64,000 nt of DNA, from positions 6,078,001-6,142,000 of the forward strand of contig JASTWF010000033.1 of NCBI GenBank assembly GCA_030390025.1, in the 5' to 3' direction. The DNA comes from Squalus acanthias. Its lineage: Eukaryota. Shown one piece after another: positions 1 through 9,121 of this stretch. Each line of letters opens with the position of its first letter. Position 1 is the stretch's first letter. The notes under the pieces were generated by a model that did no database searches, had not been told where the DNA came from, and saw nothing but the letters and a program-made list of their open reading frames with translations. The position numbers and the translations under genes are program-made.

Positions 1-502
1 GTATTTATTTCTTTTCACCCTCCCGGGCTTTCATTTCCTCTCAGGGACCCAGATTTCTGGGGCCTCGGCTTCACTTCTTCCTGTTTGATTGTCCTCATCA
101 AACATGGACGCACAGGCAGGAAGGGGCATCATCAAAAATAGACACTCCCAGGCTGCACCCCTTTCAAAATGGAAGTGTGAGTGTCTGTTTCTGCAAATTG
201 CAGAGTCTGTGTGAGTGCGTCTGTATTTGTGTGGGTGTCTGTGTGTCTGCAAATTTCAAAGTGTGTGGAGTGTGTGTCATGTTACCTTAAATTTTAGTTC
301 AATGTGGTTGGGAGGGAGACTGTGTGAGTGGCAGACAGACAGACAGTCAGTGAGAGTGAGAGAGACATGAAATCAAAAGGCACGTTGCAGAATAGAAAGC
401 CTGTTTCTGTAGGCCACAAAATGAAAAGATAAGATACTGAAAAGTGTATTTTTGGTTTTAATCTTCCAACACGGAAGTCATCCCTCTGCAGGCTGGCCAG
501 GC

Positions 503-514
503 TGTGTGTGTGAG

Positions 515-547
<33 letters not shown>
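503..547. repeat. Compound (TG)n/(GA)n microsatellite
   Basis: TGTGTGTGTGAGTGTGTGTG followed by about 13 GA units, seen directly. Confidence 0.95.
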
Positions 548-548
<1 letters not shown>

Positions 549-639
549 GGCAATAGCTGGTGTTTGTGTGAGATGTTGTCTGCTGTCTTATTAACTGCTG
601 TTTTTGTATTAAACCCTGTTGATTTCATTCTGGCCTGGT

Positions 640-972
640 CATAGAAACATAGAAGATAGGAGCAGGAGTAGGCCATTCGGCCCCTCGAGCCTGTTCCGCC
701 ATTTACTGAGATCATGGCTGCTTATCCAAATTCAGTACCCTGTCCCTGCTTTCTCCCCATATCCCTTGATCCCCTTAGCCTTAAGAAATATATCTAAATC
801 ATTCTTGAATATATTTAATGAATTGACCTGAACTGTCTTCTGTGGTTGAGAATTCTACAGGTTCACCACTCTCTGGGTGAAAAAATTCCTCCTCATCTCA
901 TTCCTAAATGGCTTACCCCTTATCTTTAGACTGTGACCCTGGGTTCTGGACTTCCCTGCCATTGGGAACATC
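640..972 (-). mobile_element. CR1-clade LINE 3' end fragment (5'-truncated)
   Basis: Begins with the CATAGAAACATAGAA tail, (TTTCTATG)n on the minus strand. Colinear with 9122-9455, which runs into a CR1 ORF2 RT. Confidence 0.85.
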
Positions 973-997
973 ATAAGTTAGATACAGAGTAAATCTC

Positions 998-1646
998 TGT
1001 TGTGGAGTATTTGAAACCAACACTCGACGCAAGGTTTTCAGATCGAGAATCAAGTCGTTTTTATTACACCAGTGGTGAGACAACCTACTCTGTCTTAGCC
1101 AGACTTCTCCAAATTGTTACAGCAAACACTACATTTTTATAAATTACAATATACATGTCCAGCTCATGCAAAATTCATTCCTGCCACCGGATTGGACCTT
1201 AGCCCGCATGCATCTTCAGTGATTGGTTGCCTATGCCACTTTCCATTAAAGTACCGCCTTTATTATCGGAAAAGTATATGTCCGTTATCCCACAAGATGT
1301 TGTTGCACCTATGACCTTTGTTTATGCCAGATGGGGTCTCACCAACATTGTAATTCTGACTCATTGTCCTGCTTTCCTGTCTGTCTGGGTCTCTTTACTT
1401 CCAACTCATTGTTTTACTTTCCTGTCACAACAGAACTTACATCCTCTAGGCCTCTTATGGTTCAACGTTATACAGTTTGAAGTCATCAGTCATTCAAAAT
1501 CGACATGTCATTCTTAGGTTATCTCAACTGCCAGTTCAGCAACTTAGAAAAAAGCTTACTACTGCAAAGACCTATTAGATTATTGTCTTTATTACACCAT
1601 TCAGTGAAACTGCCAGCGATGTCAATTTAAAACTTTCCCCACTGTA
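998..1646 (-). repeat. ERV 3' LTR (about 649 bp)
   Basis: 998-1230 aligns with 6547-6681 plus 7431-7530, and 1597-1646 aligns with 7759-7809. Minus-strand signals: CCAAT boxes at 1222-1226 and 1191-1195, TATAAAA at 1135-1141, AATAAA at 1060-1065. Ends in CA at 998. Confidence 0.85.
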
Positions 1647-1658
1647 ATCCCCCCTTTT
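1647..1658 (-). promoter_or_regulatory. ERV polypurine tract
   Basis: AAAAGGGGGGAT on the minus strand immediately precedes the 3' LTR. Confidence 0.85.
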
Positions 1659-1804
1659 GGTACTTGGCCCTTGCCCAAGTTAAACCACATGTATAAGCAT
1701 CGTTGTGTCTCCTGCCCCATGCGGTGATCAGTCGCTGGTTCGGGAGGCCCTGCATATCCATCATGTTTAGAGCAAACTTGTGTTTTCCAACTCTTTCCGA
1801 CTCG

Positions 1805-3561
1805 CTTTAGCTCTTTGTTTGTTCCGTTTCTTTTTACAAGCGTTGCATGCTGCCATTCCCTATCCTATAGCCATGACTAGCTGTACTATCACTAATATTT
1901 GAGAAATGATGCAGATCCTTTGTTGTATGTAGACATTAATTCCTCAATCCCACAGCTTCTCATACCACGGGACTTCCTGTAGCTCTACCTCTATGTCCCT
2001 TTCTCGTTCCCCAAGATTCCTGTGCAACACTATGTATTGTTTCACCATCTTACTTAAATCCTCTTTCATTTCTTCCAGATTCTCTTGCAGGCCGGGTATT
2101 GGGGCCCCTAACGGATCTTCATAATTGACCAACTCATCCCTTAGACTATCTGGCACATTTAGTTTATCTCCTCCCTTGAATGTACATACACCAATCTGGT
2201 GTGTCCAATTGTCACAGGGATCTTTGGCATAAAGCAGAAGTTAGGCAGTGTGATTGCACATACAAGGTTACTATATTGGTACTCAGTCTCTGTGATGGCT
2301 ATAGAATACTCCCCTTCACCTCTATATCCCGAGCGGGTGTGATGGTGATCAACATGTGATAATTCGAACACACACCCCTCTGTCTTATTATAGCCGCACT
2401 CATCCTTATGGCCTTCTCCTACCGGATGTGGACATATTGTAAGCGTGCCTTTCCCGTGGCATCTGTTTCGGGAGACTCCTCTCATAGTACCATTCTTTCT
2501 TTTGGCATAGGTATCAAATGGATAGCATTGGAGGTATGTCTCACCCCTCACTATGCCTATGCTTGTTACCTGGTTCTGTGGGTATGGAGTCGTGTCTAGT
2601 CCCACCACTGGTATCAGGAGTACCATGCCTATCATTGCTGTCACTTCTGCTTTACATTTTTGTATCACCGGATATACTCTGGTCATCTCTTTGAGGGTAC
2701 AAGCACTCCGAGGGCCTGGATTCTGGCTCATACCATAGTGCTGTGTGCTGTTAATCCAGTCTGGTACCTTGCCTCGCTGTATCTGTGCCAGATTGTGTTT
2801 TAACTGTCCGGTGATTCATTGGCCATAGGCATGACACAAGCCTCTCCCTATCTCGTCTTTTGCCTGTTCCTCATCTCTATTGTTTAGTTTGTTGATAACG
2901 CTGGCATGGTCCTCTATAACCTTGATTCACTCGAGTAATTTCCTTATCGTATGTCCTCCCAACTCTGATCCTTGTCGAACCAAACCAGTTTCCTTCTGTA
3001 AAATCTGTTGCAATACCCTTTGTAGTCGTTCCACACTACTCTGGACACCTTGAATATCTAGGGCATTAATGAATGATGTCCCCGTGTTTATTCCCGTGAG
3101 TATATCGATTCCTAAGCTCATCTTAATCCTTTGTTGGAATGCAGCATGTCCCCTGAATCTAGTGGCCCCTGTCGCATCAGCAGCTTGGTTAATTACATTC
3201 TTTATCATATGTGCATACAATTCTCTAGTTTTAGTAAACCTTTCACAATATCCTGGCCATAATAACATGGTTCAGTTTATTAGTACCGGTACAATTTTGT
3301 GTCTCATGTGATCATACAATTGTTCTCTGTCAGTAAATAATACTGGTACATTCATCGGTCCAGGTTTCATATCTGGACATTGTAGCATCCTTGGTTTGCT
3401 TGTCTCTTCTTTCTCTGTATTGGGAGCTGTGGATGAGTCTCCGACTGCGATTGTTCCATTAAAACATGGTGCTTCCTCATCATGTACTTGTCGTGTAATG
3501 TGAGGTGTCCCTTCGCTTATTTCGTGAGGCACACGATTCCCAGCAGTAATCCCACCTTCGT
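1805..3561 (-). pseudogene. env: env pseudogene encoding a class I fusion glycoprotein with paramyxo/pneumovirus-F-like layout
   Basis: Fragmented ORFs 3272-3532, 2927-3268, 2159-2731 and 1944-2156. Signal-like KVGLLLGIVCLT near 3560, then degraded furin site RIKM (3119-3130). Next come a hydrophobic SLGIDILTGINTGTSFINAL, a heptad repeat, a Cys-rich block and a second heptad. TM-like IISQILVIVQLVMAIG at about 1860-1910. Several stops and frameshifts. Confidence 0.8.
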
Positions 3562-3639
3562 GGTGAAGTTTCCCTGTAAATTAAGCAGAAGCCTGGTCGT
3601 CAGCAGAGGTTAGTTTATCTCTGGTGTTTATTCCATTGA

Positions 3640-4425
3640 TCATGTGGAATTTAAGGTCAGATGGGTTATTGCTGTATCGTTTATAATTGAGTCCAATGTT
3701 TCCATCTCTCATTACCCTCTTATCTATACATGCACACATATCGCTGGTCATGATAACCTCAAATGGTCCAGTCCATCTTTGTGAGAATCCCGATCTCTCT
3801 GGCAATATTTTAACAAATGCCTGCTCGCCCACCTTGGGTAGGGGCTCCGAGGCCCCCTGCTTTTGATATTTTTATCTCTGATGTCTTGTTCTTTAACTTC
3901 TTGTTTGAGCTGCTTCAATTGATTATCCAATGTTTGTACGCATTTCCTAATTTTATCTTTTAAGGGTCCTAGTCCCTCACTGCCAGATGCTACTCCTTCC
4001 GGCAGACGCATGGCTCGTCCAGTCATGAGTTCATATGGTGTCAGTCCGGTCACCCTGTTTGGGGTGGCTCTCAGCCTCATCAGGGTACACGGAAGGACAT
4101 CCACCCATCCCTGTCCGGTTTCGGCTATGGCCTTGCTTAAGGCTGTTTTCAGGTTCTGTTCATTCGCTCTACCATGCCTGAGCTTTGCGGATGATAGGGG
4201 ATATAGAACTTATTTCTTACTCCTAGTAACTTACAAGTTTCTTTCATTACCTTTCCCGTAAAGTGGGTACCTTGATCTGAATCTATTTACAACGGGACCC
4301 AAAATCTCGGTATCAGGTCATATGCAAATATTCGGGCCACAGTCTGAGCACTACAGTCTTTGGTGGGGAATGCTTCCACCCACCTTGTAAACTGGTCTAT
4401 GATCACTAAACAGTATTTCTTCCCT
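3640..4425 (-). pseudogene. pol: Retroviral integrase (core and GPY/F C-terminus), disrupted
   Basis: Manual translation gives YCLVIIDQFTRWVEAFP, IDSDQGTHFTG, PYHPQSSGMVERMNRT, WVDVLP..LRATPN..TGLTPYELMTGR and RWTGPFEV. The HHCC finger and first catalytic Asp are missing. Confidence 0.9.
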
Positions 4426-5110
4426 CTACTGTTATTCTACCTACTGCTATTGGTGTAGGCATCTCTGTGTCCGCCGCTGCTCTTGCTGCCTGATCAGCTA
4501 ACATATTTCCTTTTTGTTGCTCGCTCACTATCTTGCAGTGTGCCTTTATTTTAATCACTGCTACCTCGTCTGCTCCTTTTACCGCTTCTACTCGGTGTCT
4601 CACTACTTCCTCCTGCTGTATTTCTCCTCCTCTGGAGGTTACATATCCTCTCCTATTCATATAACCATGTACTACCCCAAACACTGTTTGTGTATATATT
4701 TACTCGTTTTCCTTTTGCCAATGTCAATGCTTCCGTGAGAGCCACTAGTTCTGCCACCTGCGCTGAGGTTCCTCCTTCAAGCCCTCCCTTTGCGACTGCC
4801 TCTTCGTTCTCGGATAATACTGCCCAACCGGTGTGTGGCTCCCCATTTATACATCGGCGAGATCGTCTACATAAAAGGTGTTTTCGGGATTTTCAAGGGG
4901 TGATTCTGATATGGTTCCTCTGAAATCTTCTTCGATTACTAACTGACACTCGTGTGCCTCACCCTCTGATAGCATTCCCTCTGCGGGGTTGACTCTATGT
5001 TCCCTTATAATCTGGACTCATCTGTCCTTGGGTATCAATACTGCTTCCCAAGCCACCCTCCTTCTCTCTGATACAGCCTTCATTTTGCCTGTGTTTAGCA
5101 GGTACACACA
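4426..5110 (-). pseudogene. pol: Retroviral tether (connection) plus RNase H, disrupted
   Basis: Manual translation across frameshifts: RRVAWEAVL..NPAEGML, PLENPENTFYVD, TGWAV, SAQVAELVALTEAL..GKRVNIYT, FGVVH..RRGYVTS, IKIKAH, KGNMLADQAARAAA. Confidence 0.88.
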
Positions 5111-5369
5111 AATTTACACCAACCAGAATTTCACCGTGGCCACAATAAAAGGTTGGTTTTAATAGGTTAATTAACCTCAATAACTCCAATCCAATCCAGA
5201 TCATTTTTTTATAAACTAACCAATATCACTTGAAAAAGAAAGCAAACATAGCTTCATTTTCTTCCAGGCACCTTGGCAACTGTGACTTCAAGGCTGAAGC
5301 TTATCTTTTGTAAAACAATTAAAAAACTTAAAACAACACACGCTTGTCCACCATTCACGACAAGTCTTC

Positions 5370-5794
5370 AACAACATGGTGGCATAGTGGTTAGCACTGG
5401 TGCCTCACAGCGCCAGGGACCCGGGTTCGAGTCTGACCTTCGGGTGACTGTCTGTGTGGAGTTTGCACATTCTCCCTGTGTCTGCGTGGGTTTCCTCCGG
5501 GTGCTCCGGTTTCCTCCCACAGTCCAAAAATGTGCGGGTTAGGTTGATTTGGCTATGATAAATTGACCCTTAGTGTTCGGGGGGGATTAAATATGTGGGG
5601 TTATGAGGATAGGATGGGATATGTTAGGGGGAATTAAATACGTGGGGTTACGGGGGTAGGGTGGGATATGTGTACTGTGGGGATTAAAGCAGGGACAGGG
5701 TACTGGATTTGGATGATCAGCCATGATCGTATTGAATGGTGGCGCAGGCTCGACGGGCCGAATGGCCTACTCCTGCTCCTAGATTCTATGTTTC
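5370..5794 (+). mobile_element. tRNA-derived V-SINE (HE1-like) with CR1-derived 3' tail, nested in the ERV
   Basis: Pol III A box TGGCATAGTGG (5380-5390) and B box GGTTCGAGTC (5424-5433). V-domain core GTGGAGTTTGCACATTCTCCC..GGGTTTCCTCCGGGTGCTCCGGTTTCCTCCCACAGTCCAAA. The 3' about 100 bp is the reverse complement of the CR1 tails at 640-750 and 9122-9235. Confidence 0.9.
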
Positions 5795-5868
5795 AAAGGG
5801 TTAAACAGCTTTTAGCTCACTGTACAAAGAGTGGGTGGAGCTAAAACAAACACAACAGATATTTTTTT

Positions 5869-6096
5869 TCAAAGACAGAAAACTTCCACACTTTTAACAC
5901 ACACTTTCACAAAAACTGAGATTCCAGCATTCTTTTTAAGATTCCTTTCTTTAGCCCACCATTCTCTTTGTTTGGCCAGTGGGTCATTCAGTTGCCAATC
6001 GTTTTTAACCATTTTGTCAATTAATCTTTTATTTTTATCCGCTAAATAGCGTGTCAGAGACCCTATCGGTCCCCACTCGTGTGTTTCGCTTCCCAT
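5869..6096 (-). pseudogene. Possible gag N-terminal (matrix-like) stub
   Basis: 75-aa ORF starting MGS in a good Kozak context (ACCATGG), about 450 bp downstream of the PBS, where gag is expected. No recognisable capsid or nucleocapsid follows. Confidence 0.4.
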
Positions 6097-6526
6097 GGTT
6101 AATTGTTGTCAGCAGTACGTCCCTTACTTTACTCTCGCAGATTGAGACGGTACTTGCAACCGCAGCTATCAGAGGATACCTCCCTTACTTACTCTCGCAG
6201 AGTGAGACCATACCAGCAACAATTTTGTTCGGGTAATTTGTTGTCAGAGGTATTCTTAGCACTACTAGCAAGTCGAGTTGTCAGGCTTTAGACTTTTACT
6301 CCAAAGTTAACGCTCTACTTGTAACTCATACCATGCCCATACTTCCGCGCATTTCACCTGAACCCCAAGACGGCTTGACTTATCGATTCAAACCTTTTAG
6401 TTCTTTGATTCCAAAGGGGGCAGTGGACACGAGACGGTGTTGCCTTGCCCTGACTGTACGTGGTATTTAACAGTACTCACGTTTTTGGCTCAGCTTCACA
6501 CGCCCATGCCTCCCGTCTGTGTGAAT

Positions 6527-6544
6527 ATCATGATGGTTATGCCA
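6527..6544 (-). promoter_or_regulatory. Degenerate primer-binding site, possibly tRNA-Ser type
   Basis: TGGCATAACCATCATGAT starts 2 nt after the LTR CA. It matches the tRNA-Ser-type PBS TGGCGTAGTCGGCAGGAT (recalled) at 12/18. Confidence 0.5.
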
Positions 6545-6546
6545 AT

Positions 6547-7809
6547 TGTTTTGGAGTATTTTAAACCAACACTCGACACAAGGTTTTTAGATCGATAATC
6601 AAGTCGTCTGTCTTACACCAGTGGGGAAACAGTCTGCTCTATCTTAGCCAGATTTCTCCAAATTGTTACAGCAAACACTACGGGCCAAAAAATCGGCCCT
6701 TGCCGGGTGAGTACGCACTGTGTACTCACCCGTAAGGCGTCCTGAAGTGCCGGTTTCCTGCATGGGAAACCGGAACTTCCGGTCTGGTGAAGGGAGCGGT
6801 TCAGAGGCGAACCGAGTGCGCAGTAGAGGCTGTGCAAACGAAGCAAACTTAGGTTCTTTTTCAGGTTTCTCCGGGAGGGTAAGTATTGAAGAACCTGCGC
6901 TTTTAAAAAGGGGGCGCAGGACCCGTTTTCAAAAAGGTAATTGGTTAATTAATTATAATTTAATTATTTTTTCAATAGGCTTATCTTTTTTAGATACATT
7001 TAAGAAAGGTAAGTTTATTTTTAGCACTGTTAAAAAGTATTTTAACTTTTTTTTAATTTAAATTTTTGTTTAAAGTAGTTAATTTATTTAACGTATAGTT
7101 ATTTTATAAATGTGATGTTGTTTTTTAATTTAAATGAAGTTTAGCTGTTCTTTTGGGGCCGATTTCAATTCATAGATTTGACAGATCTTCCTGTGAAATC
7201 TATGAATGAGAGATGGTCTGCTGCCATTGGCTCTCCATGGCCCACGTGATCCCAGGGGACGCATCGTACTAACTGCGCCCTGGGACACGCAAGCACTGCG
7301 CGCCGGCACTAGGAGCAGGCCAGGAGCTGAAGTTCCCGTGGGCCCAGAGGTCAACTTCAGGCGTGGTAGGTAAGTGCGCGCGCGATCCTTACCCCCGCGG
7401 CAAGCCGGAGAGGCGAATTTCAGGGCCTACATTTTTATACATTAAAATAAGCATGTCCGGCTCATGCTAATTTCATTCCTGCAACCTGATTGGATCTTGG
7501 CCCGAATGCACCTTCACGGATTGGCTACAAATCTTAATGTAAACATGTGTAAGCTGCCTCCTCAATCACTCACTCAATCTACTGAATGCTGATTAAAAGA
7601 TACCTTGGAATGTGACCTAGGTAATAAAGTTCTTAGGGGCAGTTGAAATGCTGGACAGCCTGTCTCCATTTAATAGTTGTATTTCGTCTTCAAAGGTCAG
7701 CTATCTTGACTGCATCTTTATAGATGTGGCTCTTCATGTTAGCACCTGCCTTTCTTTCACTATTCAGTGAAACTGCCAGCGATGTCAGTTTAACTCTTTC
7801 CCCACTACA
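6547..7809 (-). repeat. ERV 5' LTR, interrupted by a MITE
   Basis: TG at 7809 and CA at 6547 on the minus strand. Homologous to the 3' LTR at both ends. TATA at 7433-7439 and two CCAAT boxes. Confidence 0.85.
6682..7427. mobile_element. Non-autonomous DNA transposon (PIF/Harbinger-like MITE), 746 bp
   Basis: Absent from the 3' LTR, which reads CAAACACTACATTTT. Flanked by a TAC duplication (6679-6681 and 7428-7430). Imperfect TIRs: GGGCCAAAAAATCGGC versus reverse complement GGCCCTGAAATTCGCC. GC-rich ends with an AT-rich core. Confidence 0.75.
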
Positions 7810-7810
7810 C

Positions 7811-7875
7811 TGTGTATGACTCCAGCCAGTGCAGAGTTTCCCACTGATACCCATTGACTTCAGGTTTACTGGAGT
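7811..7875 (-). mobile_element. Small old LINE RT relic
   Basis: Across one frameshift it reads LKSMGISGK(T)LHWLESY, resembling the KL..xGIxGxxLxWIxSxL segment of CR1/L2 RTs (compare VKAHGIGGKVLTWIENSL in the CR1 at about 10240). Confidence 0.4.
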
Positions 7876-7969
7876 AGACCAGGTTGGCATCTCGTTTTCA
7901 GGAACACATCGTTCTGCTTCTGGAATGCTCCTCTTCATTCCTCATTCAACCAGTGTTGGTTGCCTGAAA

Positions 7970-9121
7970 ACTGACAATCCAAACAGAATTACCTGGGCAC
8001 TGACTCCTCACAAACAAAATTATTACCCAGGCAATGACCCTTTCAATAACAGAATCATTACCTGGACACTAATCTCTTCTCCATACAATCATTACATGTG
8101 GACTGAACCCCTCCCAAACAAAATCATTACCTGGGCACTGAACCCTCCCAAACTCAAATATTACCTGCGCACTGACTGCTTCCAGACAGAATCATTACAT
8201 GGGCAGTGACCACCTCGCAAAACAGAATCATTAACTGTGCACTGACACCGCCCAAACAGAACAATTAGCTCGACACTGACCCCGACCAAACAGGATCATT
8301 ACCTGGGCACTGACTCATCCCAAACAGAAACATTACCTGGGCACTGACTCATCCCAAACAGAAATATTCCCTGTGAACTGACTCATCCCAAAGAGAATCA
8401 TTACCTCGACACTGACCCCTACCAAACAGAATCATTGCCAGGACACGGACTCATCCCAAACAGAATCATAACCTGGGCACTGACTCCTACCAAACAGAAT
8501 CATTAGCTGGGCACTGACTCATACCAAACAGAATCATTACCTGGGCACTGACTCATCCCAAACAAAATCATTACCTGGCACTGACCCCTACCAAACAGAA
8601 TCATTACCTGGGCACTGACTCATCCCAAACAAAATCATTACTTGGCATTAACTCATCCCAAACAGAATCATTACCTGGCATTAACTCATCCCAAACAGAA
8701 TCATTACCTGGGCACTGACTCATCCCAAACAGAATCAAAACCTGGCATTAACTCATCCCAAACAGAATCATTACCTGGCACTGACCCTCCCAAACAGAAA
8801 CATTAATTCGACACTGACCCCTACAAAACAGAATCATTGCCTGGACACTGACCTCTCCAAACAGAATCATTACCTGGGCACCGACTCATCCCAAACAGAA
8901 ACATTACCTGGACACTGACTCCTCCCAAACAGAATCATTACCTGGACACTGATCCCTCCCAAACAGAATCATTACCTGGAAACTGACGCCTCACAAACTG
9001 AATCATTACCTGGGCACTGACCCCTCCCAGACAGAAACATTACCTGGGCACTGACCACTCACAAACTGAATCATTACCTGGGCACTGAAACCTCCCAAAC
9101 AGAAACATTACCTGGGCATTG
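7970..9121. repeat. 34-bp minisatellite, about 34 copies, consensus CTGACTCATCCCAAACAGAATCATTACCTGGGCA
   Basis: Period measured directly (ACTGACTCAT at 8309 and 8343). Units are more degenerate at the left edge. Confidence 0.95.

Larger units (their letters stand above)
998..7809 (-). mobile_element. Decayed, internally deleted endogenous retrovirus (LTR-leader-gag stub-[deletion]-tether/RNaseH-IN-env-LTR), lokiretrovirus-like
   Basis: Two related LTRs (998-1646 and 6547-7809), a PBS-like TGG next to the 5' LTR and a PPT next to the 3' LTR. Retroviral RNase H and integrase motifs and an env-like reading frame lie in canonical order on the minus strand. Confidence 0.9.

Noticed and set aside
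31..252. 73-aa minus-strand ORF, possible host exon
   Set aside because: It starts in TG-rich low-complexity sequence, with no recognisable domain or supported splice partner.
1850..2830. APOBEC-style G-to-A hypermutation (three probable TGG>stop changes in env)
   Set aside because: Other lesions look like C>T stops and frameshifts, which fits ordinary ageing. It cannot be tested without a family consensus.
5380..5440. tRNA gene
   Set aside because: The A and B boxes belong to the SINE head. There is no full cloverleaf, and it runs straight into the V-SINE core.
7970..9121. Common origin of the 34-bp minisatellite and the 52-bp satellite
   Set aside because: There is only a short ATTACCTGG-like resemblance to some variants, too weak to support homology.
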